This document shows positions 14,601 to 26,507 of a stretch of DNA of 64,000 nt, one piece after another (the stretch's first letter is position 1; each line of letters starts with the position of its first letter). Made by a program: the position numbers and the translations under genes. The stretch is from the NCBI GenBank assembly GCA_044892525.1, contig CM097885.1, positions 15,440,001-15,504,000 of the forward strand. The letters are read 5' to 3'. The DNA comes from Schmidtea polychroa. Its lineage: Eukaryota. Below the pieces are notes generated by a model, which saw only the letters and a program-made list of their open reading frames with translations, was not told the origin of the DNA and did not search any database.

Positions 14601-17600
14601 GTATTTAGCTATGAATTAATAATAATTCCAGTGAACTTATATCGTTTTAGAGGTTTATTAGGTCGTGATGAATGTTATTGCACAGTAATTTAGATTTATG
14701 TTTTAGAACAAGTTTTTATCTATTAATTATCCACGGTTTTATTAAGTCGTTTAGGGTTAATGATCAATTAGGTGTTTATTTACTTGGTTTTGACAATGAA
14801 ATATCTGAAATCTTTAGAATTAATTGAGAATGATATCAAGGGTTATTGCTTTAAATTATTTACCTTTATTTAACATGTTATAGACGGATATTCATTGTGG
14901 GGATATCGGTGACAAAACTTGAGAAATATTGACTTAAAAGTTGGAAATCGACAACTATAGAAAATTTAACTTTATTGAAGGAAATTTATGATTTTAATTA
15001 GAAATTAAATAGGTTGAATATCAGTTAATCTTTTGAAGGAATATTGTTATCGGGTGGATAAATGATATTTTGCTAAATTACCTTTGCTAAATATTATTTT
15101 AAATGACTAAAAATAACAAAATTAACCAATATTCATAAATTTATCGCACAAAATATCCATGTTTTGGTTACTCAAACATTTTAAATTTCTCGCAAAGATA
15201 TATTACGTCTAATGATCATCTAATTAAATTAGAAAATAATTGTTACTTTATAATATATATTTCTAACTAATAAGCCCCTTAATTGGATAAATGATAACCA
15301 TATTTCTATTATGACTCCTTTAATTATTTTTGCCTCAAACAAATTTACTCTAAATGATAAAGAATTTAAAATTATCAATGAATAATGACCATGTTTTTCT
15401 CATATTATTAACTATTGTAACGAACATTAGATGAATAAATTACCTTTTGCTTTAAATGTCTAAAAAGTTAACCAATAAATTAGTCGCTCGACATAAGTGT
15501 AAAGTTACATTTAAAATATTCACAAATTTCTGATTATCTTACCTAAGAATTTCTAAATGATTAATATACCCTTGCGACTTGTTGAGTGTGACCAGTACCC
15601 TTGCTAGCAATACCCATAGGGGGACAGAATATTTTGTCGGATAAACTAGGAGTATATGGTCTTTATTGATATATCAAAATACTGTTATTTATAAATCAAC
15701 TAAAAATACTCAAAAATACTATATTATTTTACTGAATGATACCTTAAATGTTTTTAATATACATATTTCTAAAATAAATCAACAGTTCAAACCAACAACA
15801 TGTATGCAAGACCACCCATTGTTAATTTATTCCCAGTGTCACGTCCCTCAAAAATACCGTGAGTGTTTTAACAAAACTGAGCTCAAAGAAACTTTCCAGA
15901 TAACAACTCACCTGAATGTTTTGAACAAAAATGAGCGAAATTGAGAACAAACGATTAGATGGCGATTAAATTCTGGCCATAACCCTAACAACATGAAAAT
16001 TAAGATTTTAATTATTGAATTCGTTGTTTACTGCCTGGAAATACTAACAGAATATTTTTTAATTCAAAGAATCTTCATTATAAATTTTGAATTTAAAAAA
16101 TTAAATGAAGGATATATAAGTGTACATAAAATTATAATATTATATAAAATTATACTATATAATAATGTTAATGTTTAAATATTCTTAAATAACTAAATTG
16201 TTTAAATATTTTTAAATAACTAAATTAAATTATTTAAATTTAATTTATTTAAATATACTTTTGATATAACTTTATTTCTTTCGTTTTAGTATCCATAAAG
16301 TAAGTAAATAAAGAATTTACTACAATATTTTAATTATTTTACTTAGTAATGAAGAAAATGAATTATATGATTATGAAGAAGATGAACCAGACAAAATGGT
16401 GAAACACTAAATGACTTATGTTCTGGATTTAGAAATTTCTTATTAAAACATGAATTATAGAAAAAAATGAACCAGACAAAATGGTGAAACACTAAAGGAG
16501 TTATAGTTCCGGATTTCTTAAATGAATTAGCTGATTGTGGGTGTCCTTCAACATGAATTATCAGACTTAAATTATGTAAACTTTCAACGATTGTCAAGAA
16601 AAATGGGAAAAACCGATGTTTTAGCAATTAGATATTGTAAAGTACTACCTGAAGAATATTATTATTAATGTAAGACATGAATTAATTCTTTAAAATATAT
16701 ATATTATATTTAGGTATCTGTGTTTTATGGTGGGAAATGACATTGAAAAAGTATACCACAAATAACAGTTGCCTAATTTATCAAGCCTGTGATGATAAAA
16801 TGTTAGATAATGTAAGTTAATTGCTTTTAAATCAATATAAATTTTAGCAATGATAGTTGACACCACATCAGAAACTAAGAAATATGTCCAATTCGCAAGA
16901 TGTATTCCAAATGGCCCGATGGAGATGATAATTTTGAGATAGAATACCAGCAGAAGAGCGAGAAAAATTTGTAAATTAAATATAATAGGGTTGGGTGGGT
17001 CCTCTTTATCCCTTAATTAATATATATTTACAAGCTGATCGTCGTGGTGGGCGGTTGTAATCCAACTAGTGGGAGGCCTCTGTAAATATATATTTGTGTT
17101 AGTGAAAACATTAATTAATTTGGTTATAGTGCCAATGACGCATGTATTTTGAAATTATACGTTTCGAATGTGCTGGTAGTTGACTACCCATGCTAGGCGT
17201 AATGTTCCGTACGGAAAGCTATAATGCCCAGGTTCTTCTGACCCCACTTGGGGGAGGCACAGACGACCCTTGTGGACGCGAACAAATATCCACCGTGTCT
17301 TTCAGGCACAGATATTTGATCACTGCTCATTAGGCCTGGCAATACTAAATGCATAAACTTTGCCTTGTCCTCTCTTGTCTTGATTTTTATCGTTTAAATA
17401 GTATGTGTGATAGGTTTTATTTACTAACCTTAATTAATATACCCTTGCGATATGTTGAATGTGAGTAGTACCCTTGTGAGCAATACCCATAGGGGGACAG
17501 AATATTTTGTCGGATAGACTAGGAGTATATACACCCATGTTAAACAAGGTATGTGTATATAGAATGTGTGTGTAAAATTATCGCTCCTTATTGACAACTT

Positions 17601-17703
17601 CATGTAAAGGCTAACACAGAATACTGCAAACATAATAATACTCTACCCCATAACTTAGTATGTAAAAATTATTTAAGGTTTTTTCACTAATAATAATAAT
17701 AAT

Positions 17704-17748
<45 letters not shown>

Positions 17749-18186
17749 TGTTAATGGGTTGTATATGTGTGTAAAAAATATTTGAGGTTTTCACGAATAT
17801 TGATAATAATAATGGTTTATGAGTGTTTTTATGTTTTTGACTAATATTTGCAATAATAATAATGGTTAATGAGTTGTGTGAGTGTAAATAATATTTTAGG
17901 TTTTTGACTAATATTTGCAATAATAATAATAATAATAAGTTTAATGAGTTGTATGTGTGTGTGTAAAAATATTTTAGGTTTTTAATATTGATAATAATAA
18001 TAATAATGGTTAATGGGTTGTGTGTGTGTAAAAAATATTTTAGGTTTTCACTAATAATGATAATAATAATGGTTAATGAGTTGTGCATGTGTGTGTGTAG
18101 AAAATATTTTAGGTTTTTAATATTGATAATAATAATAATGGTTGAGGGGTTGTGTGTGTAAACCATATTTTAGATTTTTCATTAAC

Positions 18187-18233
<47 letters not shown>

Positions 18234-18503
18234 TTAAAACTTTGAAAATAACATCTTTCGCGCGGATGTTAATATCATTCCCAATAATAATGATGATAAT
18301 AATATTTATATATCAGTAGATAGATCTCGCACTGGGCCTTAAAATGAGCTATAGATCAATAAAATCTGTTGGTGGGAACATTAAGTTTTGAGCAAACGAA
18401 AACCAGGAGCCCGCCAGACCACTTAATAATATTTTTGAAAATAATAATAATTTATGAGTCATCGTATGAGTCATCGAATGAGTCATCGTTCTAAAAATAC
18501 ATG

Positions 18504-18545
<42 letters not shown>

Positions 18546-18717
18546 TTCTTGGGAGTTGTAATAATAATTCTTTGAAAATATCTTAGTCATTATTAATAAT
18601 ACTAATAATACCCTAGCGAGTTGTTGATTGTGAGCAGTACCCTGGTGATCAGTACCCTTGTGAGCAGTACCCATAGGGGGACAGAATATTTTGTCGGATA
18701 GACTCGGTGTATATATG

Positions 18718-18768
<51 letters not shown>

Positions 18769-21700
18769 CTTAGAAAATAATAATATGTAATCAACGATTT
18801 AAACAAAATTATATTATTACGTATTCGATAATTAAAACAAAAGAATTATATAATCAATGATTTAAACAGAATTATATAATCATCGATAATTAAAACAAAA
18901 TTATTAATTCTAAAAATACTAGGCATCGTTCTAAAAATATGACGTAATCATTCTAAAAATAATAGGCATCGTTCTAAAATATTAGACATCGTTCTAAAAT
19001 AAGAGGCATCGTTCTAAAAGTATGATGTAATCGTTCTAAAAATATTAGGCATCGTTCTAAAAATATTTGGCATCGTTCTAAAAATATTAGGCATCGTTCT
19101 AAAAGTATGACGTAATCATTCTAAAAATAATAGACATCGTTCTAAAAATATTTAGCATCGTTCTAAAAATATTAGGCATCGTTCTAAAAGTATGACGTAA
19201 TCATTCTAAAAATATTAGGCATCATTCTAAAAATATTAGGCATCGTTCTAAAAGTATGACGTAATCATTCTAAAAATATTAGGCATCGTTGGGTGAGTCA
19301 TTGGGTGACTCATTCTCTTTGTTAATAATAATGATGATGATACCTTCTATCGCTCATTCGAAAGGTCTTGGACTGAGCTTTAAGATGAAGTATCGGTTAA
19401 TAAATTCGGATAATGGGAACATTAATTTTTGGGATGAAAAAAAGTGTGAGCCCGCCAGATCACTTAATAATATTTTGGAAAATAATAATAATTTAACTTT
19501 GAAAAGATGGTGGTCATCAATTGTTAATAACATTAAAACTATTAAAGATATATAAGATACCTATAGCTCATTCGAAAGGTCTTGGACTGAGCTTTAAGAT
19601 GAGGTATCGGTCAATAAAATCTGTTAACGAGAACATTAACTTTTGGGATGAAAAAAAGTGTGAGCCCGCCAGATCACTTAATTAAAACAAAAAATTAAAT
19701 TAAAAAAAAAATGACCTTGACCTTGACCTTTTATTTTTTTTAAAAAAAAAATTTTTTTCCCGGGGGGGGGGGGAGGGGGTATATGTGATGCGGGGAGCTC
19801 CTGATCTGGATGGCCCACATCCTACTACTCGCCACTGAGATACGTTTCTATAATACTTTATTTTAGACAATTTTTAAAAAACAACAAAGGATCTCTGAAA
19901 ATGATTTTAAATGTATTATTAAAGAAACGTTTAATTGTCATGAAAATGACGAAATATCATCGTAAGAATTATTTTTGAGTTAAGATTAAGTTAAATATTT
20001 ATTAGAATTTCTTATATTTGTTTCAGAAAATTTTAGAAAAATACATTTTTGCTGATTGATTTAATTATTTAATTATAATTAAAAATATATCTGACTTACA
20101 TTATCACAATAATTCCAAAATAATTATAAAATAAATTTCATAAAATTCCTAAAAATCTGAAAATTAATTTAAAATAATTTATAATACAAATGTTGACTAA
20201 AAGTAATATTTAAGAACGTGAATAATGATCCCGAATCTATGTGGATTAAAATGCAAGCTTAACATTTACTTAAAATTAAACATCTTAACGGAAAGTCATT
20301 TCTAAACTGGCTAAAATAAATTTCTAGAAAAATGAAATTTATTAAATTGGTAACAAAAATAGACAAGCCCAATAACTATTGCGTGCACAGACGTGACAAC
20401 CGTGAATGATTAGATATGTATAATTTATCGGCAAATAGATAGGATAATAATGCATGAATTTAAGACAATCTGCTTTGTGTAAATTAACAAAAGGAAAATA
20501 CATTTATTTATTCAGAATTGTTTGAGTGGCTGTAATTAGGGTGCTTTTGTATTTAGGTTATTGAAAATAACATCGAAACTGACAATGAGCAAAAGAATTA
20601 TGAAACTAATCAAATAGAAACAGGAGAATGCGAAGAATGCATAGAAATTCATGATATAAAGAGCAACTTAATAAGTAAATTTTATAATAACTGATTTCTT
20701 TGTATAATTTTGGAATTCTATTAATTATTTCTAAATTTTTATATTCTCTATCCTCAATCTTTCAGATTATATATTAACATTTTTATTTCTATTTTACCAA
20801 TTAATTTATTGTCTAAAAGAATGGAAATAAAGGAAATTGTAAATGAAAATAGATCAAAGGTGAATAAGAACAAAATTATGAATTTTGAATCACTTTATTT
20901 ATGAGCAAACTGCAGTTCATAATTTACTACACCAATTACATATCACATACGATCACATATTACATACAATCACATATCCAACACAATTACATATCCCGTA
21001 CATTTATATATCCCATACATTTACATATCCCATACAATTACATCTCCCATACAAATACATATTCCATAAAATTACATATCCCATAAAATTACATCCCATA
21101 TAATTACATATCCCATACAATTACATATCCCATACAAATACATATCTCATAAAATTACATATCCCATAAAATTACATATCCCATAAAATTACATATACCA
21201 TAAAATTACATATCCCATACAATTACATATCCAACACAATTACATATCCCATACAATTGCATATCCCATACAATCACATATCCCATACAATTACATATCC
21301 AACACAATTACATATCCCATACAATTACATATCCCATACAATTGCATATCCCATACAATTGCATATCCAACACAATTACATATCCCATACAATTACATAT
21401 CCAACACAATTACATATCCAACAAAAAATCCATTATTAACTATAAATATTATAGTAAATATAAAGAAAAATAATATCAGTAGAATATTGCAGAAAATTCT
21501 AAAACATGTATTTGACAAGATATGAGAATTTATGCCTTATTCTGCTACATAACCTTTATCCTTGTAATAAATTATTACATACGCATTATTGCATTCACAC
21601 TAATTGCTGTGTAAACAATATTATTTTAATAACTTGTTATTGTTTTAGTATTCACGTTTTTATTGTAGATTTTTCATTTATAAGCAAATAGAAAAAACTT

Positions 21701-24001
21701 AATGACTTCTGTAATTTGTAAAATTCGATTTTTATACATTAATTGTTTTATCATTATTTATTATTATTTTTGTTTATTATTTATTATTTTGTTTATTAAA
21801 GTGATAATTTAATCCTTTTACTGCGAATAATGTATTTAATGAAAAAATTTCGACTATTAGATAGTTCTTGTCAATCTCCTGGAATTTAGCAATCTTCTTT
21901 CCGAACATACATTTAAATATAATATAATATAATGATATACTTTCTTTTTCTGAATTTTAAAAATTTTATTTAAAATTAAAATTTAATAAATATCGCCATT
22001 CGTACATTTTTTTCACTATATTTCGATAGCATCACTATCATCATCAGGTTACCTACATTCGCGACGGATGAATTGATAATATATAAACAAATTATAAAAT
22101 CTATATATTTTAAATTATAAATACAAATTTTAAACAATTATTTTTTAAAAATAATTTTCAATAATCAATTATATTTAAACTTTTAAAATTATTTAAAAAT
22201 ATTATTTTAATTATTTTTTTAATTATTTAACATAACTATTATTCAATATACATCAACATACAAAAACTTAATTAAAAACATTCAACACACAGTATTCACT
22301 GCATTCTGCACATTGATTTTAGGATTAAAAGTTATTATCAGTAATGCTTCACATATCACACGCTCAAAACAATTATCAAAATTTTTCATAAGATTTTAAA
22401 ATCAGACATTCCTAATGATTCCTATATGATCCTTAATATTGGACACTCCCTTCGGTTGACAGTGTTCTTGAACTCGAGTACAGAGATGACGGGAAGTCTC
22501 TCCAATGTATGTGGCATTACACCCATTACATGTAAATTGATAAACGAGATCCGAACACAATCCAACCGACGTTTGAGATTTACTAACAAACATACTAAGT
22601 AATTTGCACGATTTTGAAACAATTCTATAATTCAATGTACCCAACTGTTTACCTATCTTTCTTTTGAAATCTTTATATCCTTCAGAATACGGCAATACCA
22701 TCGTATATTTTGGCTCATCTTGTTTGTTAGTATCAATTCATATTCACTACATCATTCGACATATCAGTCAATTTACATTCATTAATACTACGATCCTTAG
22801 CATTATTCATACATTTATCAACAGTCTCATTCAACGTTAACAATAAAAACCGTTTTGAGTAGCCATTCTTCACCAGTAATTCAACTAATTTATCTACACT
22901 TTTTACTGAATTTTTAAAAGTGGAAGATAAGCACCATGATCGATAAACCAATCCTTTCACCATGTTTCTTTTATATTTAAATTCACTAAAACTCTCTGGG
23001 TAGTATAGAGGCCGGTATCTGTTGGTTTTCTGTAAATTTCTGTCTCATATTGTTCATCTTTACGTTTAATTAACAAGTCAAGAAATGCTATGGATGAATC
23101 CTTCTCAGTTTCACATGTGAATTTAATGTTCTTATGTAATCCATTCATGTATTGCAAAAAAGGTTTCATATGTTCCTTATTTTTAAATATCAGAAAAACT
23201 AAATATCAGAAAAAAATCTAAACATGCCAAAAATATTGACGCCATTGTTGGTGCTAAGGGTGAACCCATAGCCAGTTCATCAATTTGTTCATACCATTCT
23301 TTATTAAAAAGAAAATTAACTTTGGAAGTTGCAAACTCTTAAAGCTTCCTAAATGCATTTCCATCACACATATTATGCGCATTAATATTTTCATTCCATA
23401 ATTCACAACATAAATCGATTGTTTCTTTCAACGGGACATTAGTAAATATACATCAAACGAAACCATATACTTATTAACATTATTTTTATTCAATTGTCCT
23501 ATACATGATGCAAATTCAAAACTATCCTTACATTCAAACTCAGATTTTATTAAGGGTTTTAATAATCCATCCAAATACTTCGCTATTTTATACTGAGCTG
23601 TTCTGACCATAGATAAAACAGGTCTCATGGAAACTCCGTCTTTATGCACTTTTGGAAGTCCGTATAATTTAGCTGGCTGTTAACCTTTTGCATGAACTAA
23701 TTTTGCTATATCTTCATCATCTTAACTAAATCACGCAACATAGTATTCAAAATCACTTCATACTTTAGAATTGGCAATCTCCCTTTTTTTCGAAACTTAT
23801 CGATTTTTGAAAATTGAGAACCTGAGAGTGCTTTATTTAATTTATTCACATAAACATCATGGTCCAAAATTACAAATCCATATCCTTTATCAAATATTTT
23901 TATTAATAAATTTTTGACCCTAAATTTATTTTATATTTAATATTGTTGGAACTTAGTAAAAGTGGTATAATAGCGAGAGTGGCATAGAAGCAAGACTTGA
24001 C

Positions 24002-24055
<54 letters not shown>

Positions 24056-24842
24056 AAAGAACTTGAAGACTATAAATCAATAATATATCGATGTTTTTGA
24101 TATTCATGAATTTTCGGCACTGCCCTTTTCAAGTGAATTTACGGAATATCAAAAACATCGATATATTACTGATTCATAGTCTTCAAGCTCTTTTTAATAA
24201 ATAGAATGGAAAAAAATCAGTAGTGAAATTGGAAAAAAAGTTCTTATTATATATATATATATATAGATTTTTAAATAGAATTTAATAAAATAATAATACA
24301 ATATTTCATTTTACAGAGCTTTTATTTCATTAATCAATATATTTGAAATAATTTTAATAATTTCTTTAATTACTACATTAAGTTTATGCATTTCGTTCTC
24401 ATTTATTTAATACTATTATATTACTGACAAATTATAAGTAAAATATTGACATTTCCAAGGTCAAATTTTTAATTTTTTCTCCAATAATAAAAGGAATTAT
24501 AATTTGTATATACGAAACACTTTTATTTACAATATGAGAATTGGAATTTATCTTCTGGTTCCAAAATTTGGTAAATATTCTACAATGATAAACATTCAAA
24601 TGTGCTGCTGGAGAGCTTTAGTTTTAGGCTGTATTTTTCAATTTGAATTTGAATTTGATTTTGTTATTTTCTTTATTAAAGCTGAACAACCTAAGGTAGA
24701 CATTGCAAATGAATCAGTGAAATTGGCTAAAGAGAGTCCAACAATTTTACCATTGGATTATATGGAAGCTCAAAGAAGTTTGGAACATAGAAATAAATGC
24801 TGTGTTGAATTGAATTCTGATTTATTGTTTGATTTGGAGTAA
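373..24842 (+). CDS. DNAAF2: Protein kintoun / dynein axonemal assembly factor 2-like, 3' exons (5' exons lie upstream of the window)
   Basis: Exons 373-731, 3521-3860, 3911-4087, 20557-20674 and 24682-24842 join through GT-AG introns with matching phases (2,0,0,1) into one open frame. The first exon resembles the PIH1-associated CS domain (YLLELKLSYAVLSDQGSAKFDKSTKVLRLELPI). The second resembles a second CS-like domain (FRNNSTHAFIVCNIRNI...FSNCGQGGW). The C-terminus EHRNKCCVELNSDLLFDLE* resembles the kintoun C-terminal H..C....N.LL[FY]DL[DE] motif as recalled. Confidence 0.8.
1594..1815 (+). repeat. Degenerate copy of a dispersed Penelope pLTR-like repeat
   Basis: TCACTTGAAAAAGGCTGTGTCAAAAATTCGTGAA...AAAACATCGATAT is homologous to copies at about 24055-24250, 35885-36040 and 54343-54480. 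Confidence 0.55.
4197..4705 (-). mobile_element. Penelope-like element, 3' fragment (GIY-YIG end and 3' region)
   Basis: Encodes YIGETSRHLCTRVQEH. Nearly colinear with 22033-22510. The 3' end abuts the (AAT)n tract at about 4130-4195. Confidence 0.8.
5065..5937 (-). mobile_element. Internally deleted piggyBac element
   Basis: TTAA at 5061-5064 and 5938-5941. TIRs are CCCTTTGAGAACGG and (reverse complement) CGCTTTGAGACCGG. ORF 5112-5432 encodes the piggyBac C-terminal Cys-rich domain (RCFVY...YECKDCDAGLCVPECFIEYH). An acidic N-terminal remnant begins near 5785. Confidence 0.85.
6387..6945. repeat. 214-bp subterminal tandem repeat in the left arm (about 2.6 copies; about 1.6 in the right arm, about 19340-19682)
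   Basis: GTGATC unit starts at 6391, 6605 and 6819. A diverged further copy lies at about 7890-8085. Confidence 0.85.
6993..7375. repeat. About 21-bp minisatellite TTTTAGAACGATGCCTAATAT (mirrored at about 18908-19290)
   Basis: Tandem units are directly visible, with an alternating variant TTTTAGAATGATTACGTCATAC. Confidence 0.9.
8162..8680. repeat. About 55-62-bp degenerate tandem repeat (AAAACCTAAAATATTTTTTACACACACACAACCCATTAACC(ATT)n), mirrored at about 17660-18180
   Basis: Roughly eight visible units. They explain the low-complexity ORFs 8176-8652 and 17687-18166. Confidence 0.8.
10687..12664. mobile_element. Nested TA-flanked TIR element inside the left arm (mirror copy 13672-15652)
   Basis: Left end is TA|CTCCTAGTTTATCCGACAAAATATTCTGTCCCCCTATGGGTA. 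The right end reverse-complements to TA|CTCTGAGTTTATCCGACAAGATATTTTCTCCCTCTATGGGTAC. Confidence 0.55.
20933..21425. repeat. 17-bp minisatellite AATTACATATCCCATAC
   Basis: More than 25 head-to-tail units with no unique spacers. Confidence 0.9.
21995..23910 (-). mobile_element. Degenerate Penelope-like retroelement (RT plus GIY-YIG endonuclease)
   Basis: Broken frames encode LYGLPKVHKDGVSMRPVLS, MVSFDV, IAFLDLLI...IYRKPTDT and LVYQFTCNGCNATYIGETSRHL, with multiple frameshifts and stops. Confidence 0.9.
24055..24250. repeat. Dispersed pLTR-like repeat in inverted arrangement, carrying a variant hammerhead motif (24104-24136, - strand)
   Basis: 24055-24105 is an inverted copy of about 24144-24195. 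The minus strand reads TCAC-TTGAAAA-G-GGC-AGT-GCC-GAAA-AT-TC-ATGA. Confidence 0.6.
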
Positions 24843-25795
24843 TAATAATAATGATAATGCTGTTCATGATGTGAATAATACAAATATATCGCGTTTCTTG
24901 TTACTTTAATTGAATAAACTTGAAATATATTGAATTATATCACGATATTACACTTGGGAAACAAAATAAAATTTAAATGTTTTTACTCTTCCCAGCTTCT
25001 GTTTCTTATATCAATTTTGAACTGAGATGAGACTCAAAAATATTTATTTCGAAAAAAAATTACAGAATAAAACAAAAACTTTTATATTTCTTTATTTTTC
25101 TTTTTACAATGAAAAATGAATGTTGTATTCCTAAATATGTTGGTACGTGTATGTAATGAATGTAATCTGACTTGATCCTTTATTGCCTTGGTTTTCAAAG
25201 CGTGTTCCGTGATGAACTTTCAAGTATTCTGTGAAAAAATCAGATGTCCAATTCAATTACAAATTGTTTGAAAATAAAAATCAATTCAATGTGAAATTTA
25301 CACGTACCATTAGGCTGCTTTGTATGAATAAAAATATCTTTCGGGTTAAAATTTCTTCTTGGGAACATAAAATATTGTTGCATTTATCAAAATTCTACTT
25401 AAGCCGATTGTAGATTATTGTAGATGTTCCGCCTAAAAATAAATCTGAGTTCTATTGAATGGCTCTATTGAATGCCGGATCGATATTAACTTTTAACCTG
25501 TCTAGTCTATTAGATCAGGAGAATGTGCTCGAAGATCTCTATTATGTATTTTGCACGTTGTATATATATTAGGGTTATAATTTTTCTTAAAACGAAACCC
25601 GTGGCAGCATTGGATTAACTTCTATATAAAAATAACATATTAGCGCACCGCACTTAAAACTTATAGGCACAAATTCAAACCTTTATTAATTACAATGTTT
25701 ATAAGTCCAAATTTGTATTTAGAAATCAAAGGTTAAGTTATTTGTCATTTTTGCGTCTTCACTGCTCTAAAATCACAATTAGGTATGCTATATAT

Positions 25796-26507
25796 AAGGG
25801 GTGAGTAAATACTTTTAAGCGAGGGCCAAAATTAAATTTTCAAAATGTCTCCCGGGCCAGAGAACTATACCGCTTACGCAGTGCACACGCGAATGTTTGG
25901 GTGGAGTTTTTTTCCTGCCCAAGAAGTTGTCTTACTTGGGTGTACATGCAAACAATTTGTGCCAGTAAAATATGTCACGTAATTTTTAAAGAAATATGAT
26001 GCATTATATTAAATTAATGATCATTAAATAAAACAGTTAATGACAGATTTTATTTTGTTATTTATTTATATCTTAACGATACAAAATATTTAATATTGAT
26101 ACATAGTTATTACATTTTTATGTTTATATTGCATTTTGTAAATATAATAGTAAATAGAATTTAAAAAAGAAAAGATAAACATCAAACGTTAAAATAGAAT
26201 ACTTATAGTTAATACGAAACGTGATCTTAAAAGAAATGACGAGTATGTGACCAGGGCTAAATCAAAATAAACAGTGACATATCATCCTTTGAAGAGTGAG
26301 AGGAGTACACGTTCAATTTTATGTAGTCAGCCAACCACGCGCTTTGATAGAGTATGTTGCATACATTACAGTAGTATGGTTACGGCTGTTCAAAATTATA
26401 ATACTGTCTATTATTTAAATTTTTCATTATTTATATGTAGATTATAAACACTAATACTGTTGATTTCAACAAAATCCCATGAAAGAGATTTTTTTTGCCC
26501 ACCCCTG
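25796..26507. mobile_element. Non-autonomous hAT-type element
   Basis: Perfect 8-bp TSD CTATATAT (25788-25795 and 26508-26515). Ends are AAGGGGTGAGTAAA and (reverse complement) CAGGGGTGGGCAAA. Confidence 0.75.

Larger units (their letters stand above)
6243..19829. mobile_element. Non-autonomous Polinton/Maverick-like giant foldback element (13,587 bp)
   Basis: Termini are AGTAGTAGGATGTGGGCCATCCAGATCAGG and its exact reverse complement. TSD CGCCAC at 6237-6242 and 19830-19835. Inverted arms 6243-12832 and 13504-19829, unique spacer 12833-13503. No recognisable Polinton gene. Confidence 0.85.

Noticed and set aside
6727..19555. Mirrored ORF pairs in the arms (for example 6727/19289, 8706/17430, 9712/16343, 10395/15666) as Polinton genes
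   Set aside because: They are short, mostly start at non-ATG codons, and have no recognisable motifs. They are duplicated only because of the palindrome.
6243..19829. Giant inverted repeat as an assembly or fold-back read artefact
   Set aside because: The arms end precisely at transposon-like termini with a 6-bp TSD, differ by SNPs and indels, and the host gene continues in phase on the far side. Read-level confirmation is still desirable.
20933..21425. CRISPR-like array (also considered 6993-7375 and 34340-34492)
   Set aside because: Head-to-tail repeats without unique spacers, in a eukaryotic context with no cas genes.
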